From: Promethearchaeati archaeon SRVP18_Atabeyarchaeia-1
GTDB taxonomy: Archaea; Asgardarchaeota; Atabeyarchaeia; Atabeyarchaeales; Atabeyarchaeaceae
Assembly (NCBI GenBank): GCA_037308085.1
Contig: CP147779.1
Span: 2,254,895 to 2,318,894 of the forward strand
Length of the DNA stretch: 64,000 bases
Direction: 5' to 3'
The translations under genes were made by a program, and so were the position numbers. The notes under the pieces are model-generated. The model saw only the letters and a program-made list of their open reading frames with translations. It did not search any database and was not told where the DNA came from. The number at the start of each line of letters is the position of its first letter. Position 1 is the first letter of the stretch. Shown piece by piece: positions 39,119 through 48,947 of this stretch.

Positions 39119-40516
39119 CTAGGGTTTCTGTTGAGGCGTTCTGGTGAGGTCGAAGTAGCCTCTGCCGAACTCCCAGTACTGCTTGTCTTTGTTCCAGTAC
39201 TTGTACAAGCTTTCAGGGATCGCTGCTCCGATGTTTTCAAGGCGATTTGTGACAATTAGGCGATCAGCTCTGTCCCGCAAGCTGCTTTGGATCAGGTAGG
39301 ATATAGCTGGAGCAGATTCGGATGGCGCCCTGATCATGAAGATGGCGCCTCTGTCGGTTCTGCTAGCCATGCAGTGCGGGAACTGAGGAAAAACATGGTA
39401 GAGGGTTTCCACGACACGATCATCGCATTCAACGGCAAAGGTAAGAGAGGCCGTTAATCCTAATCCGGCAAACCCGAATGACGGTATGAAGACCCCTGCC
39501 CTATTCAACGAGGTCAACCTCTTTGATATGGTTACTGATGAAAGATTGTAGCCATGCTGTTTCAGAATACTCCTGATCCCAGAGTTCCTCTCTCGTGCAT
39601 TTCCGTACCTGAGGCATGATATTATGAAATCGATCGCGTCGAACTTGATTGGCTTGTCTCCGTACATTGTCTCATTTAGGCGCGGGACGATTCCTTCCTC
39701 GCGTTCTGCGAATCTGAATGAGCCCACCCCGAGGGCATCTTCACTTGGCATCCATCTCTCTCCGTCGAACATCGAAAGATTGCAGGATATCCCGATAGAT
39801 CTAATCTCATAAAGTCTGTGATCATCGAAGACCTGATAACTCAGGCTTTTCAGGCCGTCTCTAAACTCTCTTAATGTCCTAGTCTGGCTGGGAACCACAA
39901 ACGAGGCCCACATCCACTCTCCTAGCGTGTCTTTGTTGATGGTCAAAGTAAACTCCCTTGAGAGGATAGACCCCTCGAAATCCTCGTTCGGTTTGAAAAA
40001 GACTATGAAATGCTTCAACTTAAACAAGGGATAGTTCAGGATATTGCCAAAACGAAATTGGATCCTGTCCCTGAGCCGGTAGTAGGCCTCAAAGACACTA
40101 CTTGTAGACACAGCGAGCCTACTGGCGAACCAAGTGAAAGTCCTGCTTGGGTTCTCTATGAACTCAACCAAATACCTCCGGTCAGATAGGTTGAGCCTCT
40201 TCGTGGTGAAGAAGCCCCAAGTAAGCACTCTAATGATCTCATGCGGATTTTCGATATGGTACTTCTTCAAGAATTTCATCCTCAGAAGTATCATATCTCT
40301 CCTGACTGCAGGCGTTTGGAAAGGATCGAAAAGAATCGCCCCCAAGTCTCCCTTCAGCCTTTCCACTTCAGAACTTGAGATTAAGCCATCGCATTTAGCG
40401 AAGAATAAGGATAACAGGTAGTAGAGCTGCTGCACTTCCTTGTCGCTACACTCAACAAAGAGGTCAGAGTACCGGTGGACTAGTTCTTCTCTACGTCTCT
40501 CCAAGGCTTGAATCAC
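39119..40516 (-). CDS. large protein with repeated Lrp/AsnC-like (HTH + RAM-like) modules
   Basis: 465 aa. At least two segments resemble the Lrp HTH-linker-RAM start: 'SVTISKRLTSLNRAGVFIPSFGFAGLGLTASLTFAVE' and 'SRTFTWFASRLAVSTSSVFEAYYRLRDRIQFRFGNIL'. Confidence 0.4.
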   Translation of the reverse strand: MIQALERRREELVHRYSDLFVECSDKEVQQLYYLLSLFFAKCDGLISSSEVERLKGDLGAILFDPFQTPAVRRDMILLRMKFLKKYHIENPHEIIRVLTWGFFTTKRLNLSDRRYLVEFIENPSRTFTWFASRLAVSTSSVFEAYYRLRDRIQFRFGNILNYPLFKLKHFIVFFKPNEDFEGSILSREFTLTINKDTLGEWMWASFVVPSQTRTLREFRDGLKSLSYQVFDDHRLYEIRSIGISCNLSMFDGERWMPSEDALGVGSFRFAEREEGIVPRLNETMYGDKPIKFDAIDFIISCLRYGNARERNSGIRSILKQHGYNLSSVTISKRLTSLNRAGVFIPSFGFAGLGLTASLTFAVECDDRVVETLYHVFPQFPHCMASRTDRGAIFMIRAPSESAPAISYLIQSSLRDRADRLIVTNRLENIGAAIPESLYKYWNKDKQYWEFGRGYFDLTRTPQQKP

Positions 40517-40844
40517 CTTCTTCGAGGAGGACCTACCGACTAGAAGTGTTTTCTTATGGATATAAAACTAGGTATATCGGCTCAATAGGCGACAACCGCT
40601 TCTCAACCGTCCGCCAAACAAAGCTCATATCGTCTAATACAGCCTATTTTCACCCAAAATAGCTTCTATACTTGCCATCTTAGGATCCATTGTTCCCTAA
40701 ATCTCCTTAGCAGCTTCCAATGCCTTCATTCCAGTGCATTTTTGCCGGCTTAAGAATGGGGTCACACATAAACAGATCTCAATAGGAAAAAAAACCTTAG
40801 CGGAGGCATGAGAAGATGGACGGACCAAATGGTGGAATTGTCCC

Positions 40845-41183
40845 ATGGTAGAGAATGCTATGAAGTCTTTTGCATTGGCAGGAACACATGAATTGGATGA
40901 TAACGGCGACGTGGTCACTCTCGAAAATGGGCAGATAAAGGACTTCCATCTAATCTCTCCAGAAGCTGATCCTGAGAGAATGCGAGTTGTGGGGGCCCTT
41001 GCCGAGATGCTCTGTGAACAGATCAAGAAAACCTTCGGCGTAGACAGATTACTGGTGGCTGCTCAGAATCGGGATTTCAAATTGATCATGTTTCCAAGCA
41101 AGGATGGTTTCCTAGTCTGGAAGACGAATCTTGACCTGCAGAGAGTAATGGCGGCCATTGATTCGAACAGAAAGAGTCTGTGA
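40845..41183 (+). CDS. possible Roadblock/LC7 (MglB-like) domain protein
   Basis: 112 aa. Size and pattern ('VVGALAEMLCEQIKKTFG...LLVAAQNRDFKLIMFPSKDGFLVW') are consistent with the Roadblock/LC7 fold. Tentative. Confidence 0.35.
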   Translation: MVENAMKSFALAGTHELDDNGDVVTLENGQIKDFHLISPEADPERMRVVGALAEMLCEQIKKTFGVDRLLVAAQNRDFKLIMFPSKDGFLVWKTNLDLQRVMAAIDSNRKSL

Positions 41184-41480
41184 AATCCGAATGGGGAAGC
41201 AATACTGGTAAGGTGATGAGACAGCGCGAAGGGGCGAAGGTAGATTTCAGAAACTGGGGGGTTGCCTCACTTGTTGAGGCTAGCTAATTTTGGGGTTAGC
41301 TGAGAAAGAATCGGGTGGCTCCGAAACTCCGCTAAACCTTCCCGCTGTCTCGGAACCTCTTGCTGGCTCTACTTTTTCTTAGCCACCTAGCTCCTCCTGC
41401 GTCATGATTCTGAAAGGAGCATCAGATTACAGAAGATCAAACATGACATTTATGAAGGTACAAGATTCTCTACAGCTCTT

Positions 41481-41804
41481 GTGGAAAGAAAGGTGGCGAT
41501 CAGAATGACATCTATAACCGAGTTTCAGAGGCTTATGAGGACCCTATACGGGGAGAGAGATTCGGCGCGTGGTCCTCAAGGGACGATGCTTTGGCTCGTC
41601 TCAGAAGTCGGAGAATTCGCTGATGCAATGGTGAAACACAAAACACTTGAATCTCTGAAGGATGAGGCCGCTGACGTGTTAGCCTGGCTCTGCAGCGTAT
41701 GCAATGTTCTAGGAATCGACCTTCAGGAATCCGCCACATCAAAGTATGCCAATAAGTCGTGTCCCAAGTGCAGAAGCTCACCGTGCCAGTGCTCATCTGC
41801 CTAG
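41481..41804 (+). CDS. MazG-like nucleotide pyrophosphohydrolase domain protein with C-terminal Cys cluster
   Basis: 107 aa. 'LVSEVGEFADAM...DEAADVLAWLCSVCNVLGIDL' matches the MazG/HisE all-alpha NTP-PPase. C-terminal 'CPKCRSSPCQC'. Confidence 0.55.
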   Translation: MERKVAIRMTSITEFQRLMRTLYGERDSARGPQGTMLWLVSEVGEFADAMVKHKTLESLKDEAADVLAWLCSVCNVLGIDLQESATSKYANKSCPKCRSSPCQCSSA

Positions 41805-41991
41805 CCAAATGCTGCGTCGTCACAGCATTTGCCTGGTCCCCTCATGATTTCGGAATAAGAGAGTTCCATTGTCGCGAGCAAGGAACTCTGCTCTGCAACA
41901 TGAAATCTGCTCTCTTTTCTTATGATGTGGCAAAAAGCTTGGTGTGTAAAGAGGAAGAGTATCTTCTTGTTAACGATGCCCCATGGCACTT

Positions 41992-42576
41992 CTACTTCTC
42001 TTCCTCTGGCGAGTTATTCATCTCTGCTCTTACGAGCAAAGTGAATTTCTCTATGAGATCCGTCGATGTCTGGAGGTTCTTGAGGAGTAGATTCTCTCGC
42101 TCCACATTCTTGGTTTCTAGTGCGCGCATTAACATATTCATGAGCGCCGTGTTTGACTTGACGTCCTCACTGAGTTCCTTCGTGTTCCTAACAACGGAGC
42201 TGAGAAGATCGGTTGCGCCCTTGACTCGCACATCCAATCCGCTCACCGCGAAGGTCATGTCCTTAATGGACTTGCCGAGAGAGTCGACGGAGTTCTTGAT
42301 CTCCTTGAAAGTCAGATTACTAAGGTTCAGTGAGATGTAATCTCCCGATTCCTTCAGGGACTTCACTGCTTGTTGAACTGAGTCCACCATCTCATTGACT
42401 CTGATCGCGGGCGACTCCATTTGCTTCGGGACGCGTTCCTTGAAGAGACTGCTGAGGCTTTCCACCTTCTCCTTCAAGTCCTTTATCGCAAGCGCCAGCA
42501 CCTCTGCGGCACTTGGTTTCTCCTTGGATTCATCTTTTCCCATGGATGCGGGCTCAGGCAATGGCATTACACACAC
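41992..42576 (-). CDS. coiled-coil protein, hypothetical
   Basis: 194 aa, heptad-rich with a K/E/L bias and no TM. Confidence 0.35.
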   Translation of the reverse strand: MCVMPLPEPASMGKDESKEKPSAAEVLALAIKDLKEKVESLSSLFKERVPKQMESPAIRVNEMVDSVQQAVKSLKESGDYISLNLSNLTFKEIKNSVDSLGKSIKDMTFAVSGLDVRVKGATDLLSSVVRNTKELSEDVKSNTALMNMLMRALETKNVERENLLLKNLQTSTDLIEKFTLLVRAEMNNSPEEEK

Positions 42577-42756
42577 CTAGCGCAAGGTACCAAAATCGTA
42601 GAACTGAACCGTACTCAGCGCTATTGCTGTTCTCCGGTAGATGCTTCTAAATACTATCTTGATAGCCACACTTATTTATAGGTTTATCAGATACTCTATC
42701 AGCGATACCGACGGATCAGCAGAATCGCAGGTGGGTTAGGCTGGAGGGGGAATACC

Positions 42757-42990
42757 GTGGTAATAGCCTACATCATGGGGAAAGTTGAACCTGGAAGCGA
42801 GTCTGCGGTAAGGCATAGGATCTTGAAGCTTGAACATGTAGGGAAAGTCTCCGTTGTCTACGGGGATCTGGATTTTATAGTAGAGGTTGAAGCCAAGGAT
42901 CTCATAGATCTGCGAGAGTTAACCGAGTACATTCGGCGAGTGGAGGGCGTTACTAAGACAATAACCTACCTTGTCAGAAAAGAAAGCTAA
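42757..42990 (+). CDS. stand-alone Lrp/AsnC C-terminal (RAM) ligand-binding domain protein
   Basis: 77 aa. 'VVYGDLDFIVEVEAKDLIDLRELTEYIRRVEGVTKTITYLV' RAM pattern. A TATA-like 'ttatttatagg' lies at 42672-42682. Confidence 0.6.
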   Translation: MVIAYIMGKVEPGSESAVRHRILKLEHVGKVSVVYGDLDFIVEVEAKDLIDLRELTEYIRRVEGVTKTITYLVRKES

Positions 42991-42997
42991 GCCCATC

Positions 42998-43639
42998 CTA
43001 CTCTATTGAGATCACCACGTCCTCAGGCGCGACCGACTGACCAGCCGACACTTTGACCTCCTTGACTTTGCCGGTATAGGGCGACGTTATTTCGTTGGCC
43101 ATCTTCATGGCTTCGAGGATCAGGACTACTTCTCCTGCCTTTACCGCGTCGCCTTCTTTGACTCTAACGGAGATTATCTTTCCAGGCATAGGGGGTCTTA
43201 TGATCTTGCCACCCGTACTTGCCACTCTTGCAGACGGTTTGGGCGCTTGCCCTTCTGCCCCCGCGCCAGCGCCTGCAGTGGTCGCTCTCGCCTCTGAAGC
43301 AGATGTCTGAGTCCCTGCCATGGTGTCAACTCTGATCCGAAAAGGGGCCTCGTTGATTCTCACGTTCAGTGTTTTCCCGTTCTGGACGTTTCTGTCCCCC
43401 AGTAAGACCTTATACTCTTTCTCATTGACTTTCAGCTTCATTGCTCCGCTGTTCTCGTCCCTTTCAGTGATAGCTACCGAGAACACTTTGCCATCAATGT
43501 CCACTGTCACCGTCGAAGCGTTTGGCTGTAAATTCGGTTGCTTGACATTCACATCGTGCGTCCTGTCGTCGACCGTCATTTTGAATCTCAATGCTTTTTC
43601 AGCCTCCGAAAGTTGACTTGTCCTCTCCACTTCTCTCAT
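42998..43639 (-). CDS. biotin carboxyl carrier (biotinyl/lipoyl-attachment) subunit
   Basis: 213 aa. C-terminal biotinyl domain with 'LILEAMKMANEI' preceded by an Ala/Gly/Pro-rich linker. The start overlaps the upstream 5S gene stop (ATGA), implying translational coupling. Confidence 0.8.
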   Translation of the reverse strand: MREVERTSQLSEAEKALRFKMTVDDRTHDVNVKQPNLQPNASTVTVDIDGKVFSVAITERDENSGAMKLKVNEKEYKVLLGDRNVQNGKTLNVRINEAPFRIRVDTMAGTQTSASEARATTAGAGAGAEGQAPKPSARVASTGGKIIRPPMPGKIISVRVKEGDAVKAGEVVLILEAMKMANEITSPYTGKVKEVKVSAGQSVAPEDVVISIE

Positions 43640-45165
43640 AATGTGGTTCTTGATCTTATGAGGTCCTGACGTCCAGCTAGAGCCCAGGGGCTTATGCCAG
43701 TTGAAGACTTTCTCGCAAGTTTCGGTTCCAGCCCTGAAACTGGGTTCCTATTATTCGTTAGCCGGTCTGCAATTGTCGCCGCGACGGCTGCCAAAGCGTT
43801 ATCGCTACTATTCAGTCCGTTATCTTTCAACTCTCTCATTTCGAAAAACCCTAACGCCACTTGGGGAAACAGTACGAAGGACAGGATGTCTTCCTCGCTC
43901 CTAGCCTTTGCTCCCAGCTCCTTCCGCGCCTTCTCGAATTCCGGCTTGAGCAAGTCAGCGGGTCTACAAGTTATCGGGTCCTCGTTACCGATAACCTTCT
44001 TCTTCACCTCTTCATCAATTGGTGATGGAGGAGCGCCATAGTACCCCTTGACATACTGCTTCACCTCATTGGGGATAACCTTGTAACGTTCTCCGACGAC
44101 TACGTTTAGCACTGCTTGGGTTCCGACTATCTGCGACGTTGGGGTTACAAGAGGAGGATAGCCAAGCTCTCTTCTCACTATAGGAACCTCCTTGAGGACC
44201 TCGCCGAGCTTGCCAAGCGCATTTTGCTCCCTTAGCTGATTGACAAGATTTGTGGTCATGCCGCCAGGTATCTGGTATACGAGCACGTTTGTATCCACGC
44301 CAGGTAGAGTGCTTTCGAACTTCGAGTACTTCTTTCTGATCTCAGCAAAGTAGTCAGCTATCTCATTGAGGAGCGCGAGATCCAAACCGGTGTCTCTGGG
44401 AGTGCCCTTAGCCATGTACACGATTGTCTCAGTTGGGGGTTGAGAAGTGGCCAGCGACATTGAGGATATCGCTGTGTCAATAATGTCGACACCCGCGCCT
44501 ATTGCCTCCCAGCATGTTCCGACCGCCATTCCACTTGTGCAGTGAGTGTGCAAGTGGATGGGAAGGTCGATCTCCCTCTTGAGACCCTCGATTAGCGCTC
44601 TGGCTTCTCCAGGAGAGAGAAGACCAGCCATGTCTTTGATGCATATAGTGTCCGCGTCTAGTTCCATGAGCTTCTTCGCGAAGTTGACAAAAAGGTTCAC
44701 GTCGTGAACAGGGCTAATAGTATAGGATAGCGCGCCTTCAACCTTTGCTCCAGCCTTCTTAGCCGCCTTCATTGCCTTCTCAAGGTTACGAATGTCGTTG
44801 ACCGCATCGAAAACCCTGAAGACATCTATTCCGTTCTGGGCCGCCTTTGAGACGAATTTCTCCACCACGTCATCTGGATAGTGTCGGTATCCAACTATGT
44901 TCTGCCCACGCAGCAGCATCTGCATCTGAGTGTTCGGCATCGCCTTCCGTAGGCGCCGCAAGCGTTCCCATGGATCTTCATTTAGGAATCTTAGACATGT
45001 GTCGAAGGTTGCTCCGCCCCACATCTCGAGTGACCAGTAGCCTACTTGGTCAAGCTTCTCCGCTACGGGCAACATGTCTTCAGTCCTCATGCGGGTCGCC
45101 AGCAGGGACTGGTGGGCGTCTCTCAGAACAGTGTCAGTTATTCTCAGGGGTGAGCCTGTAGCCAA
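43636..45165 (-). CDS. 5S-type carboxyltransferase (pyruvate carboxylase subunit B / oxaloacetate decarboxylase alpha-like) lacking a biotinyl domain
   Basis: 509 aa. 'RITDTVLRDAHQSLLATRM' TIM-barrel carboxyltransferase N-terminus and 'HLHTHCTSGMA'. No AMKM motif at the C-terminus. Confidence 0.8.
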   Translation of the reverse strand: MATGSPLRITDTVLRDAHQSLLATRMRTEDMLPVAEKLDQVGYWSLEMWGGATFDTCLRFLNEDPWERLRRLRKAMPNTQMQMLLRGQNIVGYRHYPDDVVEKFVSKAAQNGIDVFRVFDAVNDIRNLEKAMKAAKKAGAKVEGALSYTISPVHDVNLFVNFAKKLMELDADTICIKDMAGLLSPGEARALIEGLKREIDLPIHLHTHCTSGMAVGTCWEAIGAGVDIIDTAISSMSLATSQPPTETIVYMAKGTPRDTGLDLALLNEIADYFAEIRKKYSKFESTLPGVDTNVLVYQIPGGMTTNLVNQLREQNALGKLGEVLKEVPIVRRELGYPPLVTPTSQIVGTQAVLNVVVGERYKVIPNEVKQYVKGYYGAPPSPIDEEVKKKVIGNEDPITCRPADLLKPEFEKARKELGAKARSEEDILSFVLFPQVALGFFEMRELKDNGLNSSDNALAAVAATIADRLTNNRNPVSGLEPKLARKSSTGISPWALAGRQDLIRSRTTL

Positions 45166-45354
45166 GATGATCCACCTCTAGTAAACAGAAAGACGTTGCG
45201 ATCCAAGTCAAACTCATCGGAAGTTCAAGAGAAAGTAGGAGATTACTTGTGTTATTTATATCTTTAGCAGCAGATCAAGTCACATTGATGACGCAGACTT
45301 CGTCAATTCTCATGCTCTAGCTTAATAAGACAGCTCCAGGAATCACAAATACCT

Positions 45355-45642
45355 ATGAAAGCATACAAATGCTCCCAATGCGGAGGCGAGATGTGTGCCT
45401 CGACGGGGCCGCTTCACCCAATGGAGGCCATTGCCGAAGATATGCTGGAGCAGGGAGTAATCTTCCGGTGTTCTGGCTGCTCTTTGTATTTGACAAGCGC
45501 ATCTGGCATCGAATGCCCGACGTGTGGGAGGAAGACGCTGACTGCATCACTCGATGAGAGTCCTAAACGCGGCTCGCCAAATGCGAGGAAAGCAACTGGA
45601 GCGGTTACATGCCAGTCTTGCGGTTGGCGGCAGAAACTATGA
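45355..45642 (+). CDS. small zinc-ribbon protein (four CxxC pairs), hypothetical
   Basis: 95 aa: 'CSQCGG', 'CSGCS', 'CPTCGR', 'CQSCG'. Lies between the two carboxyltransferase genes on the opposite strand. Confidence 0.3.
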   Translation: MKAYKCSQCGGEMCASTGPLHPMEAIAEDMLEQGVIFRCSGCSLYLTSASGIECPTCGRKTLTASLDESPKRGSPNARKATGAVTCQSCGWRQKL

Positions 45643-45703
45643 TTATTGCGGATGTGAAGCTTCCGGCGTTCCTCGTCCATATTCTGGAGGCAGTGGGGGA
45701 GTG

Positions 45704-47257
45704 TCAAAGAGGTATGTTGCCGTGTTTTCTTGCAGGTCGGCTCGTCCTCTTGTTTACGAGCGTCTCCAGTGCATTGATCAACCTCGGCCTAGTTTCCTTT
45801 GGCTCTATGACGTCGTCTATGTAACCCCTTTCCGCGGTTATGTAGGGGTTTGCAAATTTCTCGCGGTACTCTTTCACAAGTCGCTCTCTTTCTTTCGCGG
45901 GATCTCCGGCCTTTTCGATTTCCTTTCTGAATATGATGTTGACAGCACCGTCAGGACCCATGACAGCGAGTTCTGCTCCTGGCCAAGCAACATTGTAGTC
46001 GGCCCCCACGTTTTTTGAATTTAGTACGTCAAAGGCTCCACCGTAGGCCTTGCGGGTTATCACTGTAAGTCTTGGCACCGTGGCTTCACAAAACGCGTAA
46101 AGCAACTTTGATCCGTGCCTGATTATGCCACCGTGTTCTTGAATAGTTCCTGGCAGGAATCCTGGGACATCGACGAAAGTGAGAATGGGTATGTTGAAGC
46201 AGTCACAGAACCTGACGAATCTTGCACCTTTCGTAGAGGAATCAATGTCCAGCGTTCCAGCGAGGAACTTCGGGTTGTTTCCAACTATTCCGATAGGTCT
46301 CCCGCCGAGCCTGCCAAAACCGATTATAATGTTCTGCGCCCACAATGGTTGAACCTCTAGGAACTCTCCATTATCAACGATATGTCTGACAACATCTCGC
46401 ATATCGTACGGCTTGTTGGGGTCAACGGGCACTATGTGATTCAGCTCTTCGTCCACCCTGTTCGGGTCATCACCAGTCTCGACAATTGGTGGATCCTCCA
46501 TGTTGTTGGAAGGTATGTAGCTGAGTAGCTTCCTGACTATGTCGAAGCACTCTTCCTCCGAGTTCGCGGAGAAGTGGGCGACTCCACTCTTCTGCATATG
46601 CACGGGAGCTCCCCCCAGCTGCTCCGATGTGACCTCCTCCTTTGTAACCGATTTCACGACATCGGGCCCTGTTATGTGCATGTATGATATCTTGTCCACC
46701 ATGACTATGAAGTCAGTCATCGCCGGTGAATAGACTGCACCACCAGCGCATGGTCCCATAATAGCTGAGATCTGTGGAATCACGCCAGAACTCAGCACAT
46801 TCCTATAGAAGATGTCAGCATAGCCTACTAGACTTGAGACACCCTCCTGTATCCTCGCACCTGCGCCATCATTCAAGCCTATGAGGGGAGCGCCGTTTCT
46901 GGCCGCCAAGTCCATTATTTTGCAGACCTTCTGGGCGAAAGCCTCCCCAAGAGAACCGCCAAAAACGGTGAAATCCTGTGAGAAGATATACACCAGTCTG
47001 CCGCTTATTCTCCCCCATCCAGTGATGACGGCGTCGCCGAGAGGCCTGTTCTTTTCGGCTCCAAACATCATTGACTGATGTCTGACGAAGGGATCTACTT
47101 CTACGAAGCTTCCCTCGTCCAGTAGCTTCTCGACCCTCTCTCGGGCAGTAAGTTTCCCCGATTCGTGCTGCTTATCGAAGCGCCCTTTTCCCCCGCCAAG
47201 TTTACTTTGTTCCCTCATTTCCTTGAGCTTCTTTATCTTATCCTCCATGGTAGACAT
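45704..47257 (-). CDS. 12S-type carboxyltransferase (propionyl-CoA carboxylase beta / methylmalonyl-CoA decarboxylase alpha family)
   Basis: 517 aa, two crotonase-like CT domains ('[20 protein letters not shown]', '[35 protein letters not shown]'). Confidence 0.85.
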   Translation of the reverse strand: MSTMEDKIKKLKEMREQSKLGGGKGRFDKQHESGKLTARERVEKLLDEGSFVEVDPFVRHQSMMFGAEKNRPLGDAVITGWGRISGRLVYIFSQDFTVFGGSLGEAFAQKVCKIMDLAARNGAPLIGLNDGAGARIQEGVSSLVGYADIFYRNVLSSGVIPQISAIMGPCAGGAVYSPAMTDFIVMVDKISYMHITGPDVVKSVTKEEVTSEQLGGAPVHMQKSGVAHFSANSEEECFDIVRKLLSYIPSNNMEDPPIVETGDDPNRVDEELNHIVPVDPNKPYDMRDVVRHIVDNGEFLEVQPLWAQNIIIGFGRLGGRPIGIVGNNPKFLAGTLDIDSSTKGARFVRFCDCFNIPILTFVDVPGFLPGTIQEHGGIIRHGSKLLYAFCEATVPRLTVITRKAYGGAFDVLNSKNVGADYNVAWPGAELAVMGPDGAVNIIFRKEIEKAGDPAKERERLVKEYREKFANPYITAERGYIDDVIEPKETRPRLINALETLVNKRTSRPARKHGNIPL

Positions 47258-47339
47258 CCTGCAACGTCACACCCCAATATGCGAATCTCGACGATCAGAA
47301 TGAATGGCAGTCGTACAAACGTGGATATTCAACACCGAC

Positions 47340-48314
47340 CTAGTGAGGTAATTTCTTCACTTTGCCCTTTATATTCTTTCTCGTTTTCGTCGCCAAGTGA
47401 ATGCAGTCCCCCGACAGAATGGTGATCTCCTTCGCATTCCTTGTTCTCAGGATCAGGCCACCCCCAGGTGATATTCCTCTTCCAGTTCCCTCGTAAGTTG
47501 CCCCTTCACATTCTAATCTCACATCTGAACCAATGGTTGTGCACAGTCCCTCGTATTCTGACCAAAGCTCTTTGTCTTCTCCCCTTAAGAACAGGTCGTA
47601 ATGGGTGTCCATCGTTTTCAGAATGCCGGCTATCAAGTCGTCTATTGATACGTTCTGTCTGACAAGTTTCCTTACTGATGTGGCTTCTGTCTTTAATCCT
47701 CGCGGCAGAGAGTCAGGATCAGTATTGGCGTTTATTCCTATACCAACGACCACGAACAGAGGCGTTTCACCTTGAAAGGTGCCTTCAGCTAGTATGCCGC
47801 AGATCTTCCTCTCCCCGACAAGAACGTCATTAGGCCACTTTAGCACGGCATCAATGGCGTAGAGCGTCCTCAGGGACTTGGCTACGGACAAGCCAGCAAG
47901 CAGAGTTAGCTTCTGAAGGGGGCGAATAGATGGGGGTCTCAATATGACAGACATCCAGACTCCGCCACGAGGAGAAAACCATTCCCTACCAAGTCGCCCT
48001 CTCCCAGCGCTCTGTGAGCCAGCAATTATGACGGTTCCTTCGGCTGCGCCCTCATCTGCCATCTTCTTGGCTTCATCGTTGGTTGATGAGGTCTCATCCA
48101 GATAGACCATTTCTCCTCCAATGATGCGCGTATGAAGGATTCGCCTTATGTTCTCGACCGATACGTTATCCTTAGCGGAGTTGCGCGCAAGGTTCTTGTC
48201 AATTCGCCTCAACGTGGAATCACACGCCCATCTCAAGACGATTGGTGTTAGGATACATAGATATGACATTGGTTTCTCTGGACCATCGAGAGATGTGGCA
48301 ATCGCCTCCTTCAC
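47340..48314 (-). CDS. birA: bifunctional biotin-[acetyl-CoA-carboxylase] ligase / HTH regulator
   Basis: 324 aa. N-terminal HTH, catalytic 'GRGRLGREW' (GRGRxGRxW) motif, C-terminal SH3-like domain. Confidence 0.8.
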   Translation of the reverse strand: MKEAIATSLDGPEKPMSYLCILTPIVLRWACDSTLRRIDKNLARNSAKDNVSVENIRRILHTRIIGGEMVYLDETSSTNDEAKKMADEGAAEGTVIIAGSQSAGRGRLGREWFSPRGGVWMSVILRPPSIRPLQKLTLLAGLSVAKSLRTLYAIDAVLKWPNDVLVGERKICGILAEGTFQGETPLFVVVGIGINANTDPDSLPRGLKTEATSVRKLVRQNVSIDDLIAGILKTMDTHYDLFLRGEDKELWSEYEGLCTTIGSDVRLECEGATYEGTGRGISPGGGLILRTRNAKEITILSGDCIHLATKTRKNIKGKVKKLPH

Positions 48315-48387
48315 AGACAGCCAAACTGCATGAGTGGATCCATTACGGTTCTTATGAAGAACCTGGGAAATTTGCTCTAGATTTTGA

Positions 48388-48792
48388 TTACTTCTTCGGT
48401 GTGCTTAGTTCGAGTAGGACACCATGCATGCTCTTTGGGTGAACGAAGGCTATCTTGTTTCCATCTGCTCCGATCCTTGGCTTCTTATCTATCAGTTCGA
48501 CTCCTGACTTGCTTAGCTTTGCCAACATCTTGTCTATATCATCGACTTCCAGGGATATGTGGTGGATCCCTTCACCCCGCTTGGCAATGAACCGACCTAT
48601 GGGACCTTCCGGGTCTGTCGACTCCATGAGCTCTATTCTTGATTCGCCGATCGGGATCATTGCAGATTTCACTTTCTGCTCATCAACTGTCTCAATGCCA
48701 GATACTCTTAGACCAAGAACATCTGAATACAACTTTATTGCCTCATTCATGTTGTTAACGGCGACGCCAATATGACTGATCTTCTTGAACAT
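48388..48792 (-). CDS. methylmalonyl-CoA epimerase (VOC family)
   Basis: 134 aa. 'HIGVAVNNMNEAIKLY' and 'GIHHISLEVDDID' metal-binding modules of the glyoxalase-fold MCE. Confidence 0.75.
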   Translation of the reverse strand: MFKKISHIGVAVNNMNEAIKLYSDVLGLRVSGIETVDEQKVKSAMIPIGESRIELMESTDPEGPIGRFIAKRGEGIHHISLEVDDIDKMLAKLSKSGVELIDKKPRIGADGNKIAFVHPKSMHGVLLELSTPKK

Positions 48793-48947
48793 ACACTTCT
48801 CGACCTCCTAGTAGCTTGACGGGGTAAGCACCTTCGGGGTTGAGAGTCCAATAGAAGAGATTTGATATAAGAATCTATTTAGAGTGGAATCATCGGCTTC
48901 CAGTTCGGGAGAATTCCCTATGTGACTGCGCCTTTGGAAGTGCCCAC

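Noticed and set aside
45554-46018. 154-aa plus-strand ORF
   Set aside because: Antisense overlap with the strongly supported 12S carboxyltransferase gene.
42998-47257. Annotation as an acetyl-/propionyl-CoA carboxylase or Na+-pumping methylmalonyl-CoA decarboxylase
   Set aside because: No biotin carboxylase (ATP-grasp) or membrane beta subunit gene is present in the cluster, and the 5S subunit lacks a fused biotinyl domain. The transcarboxylase-like composition fits better, but the alternatives cannot be excluded without the rest of the genome.
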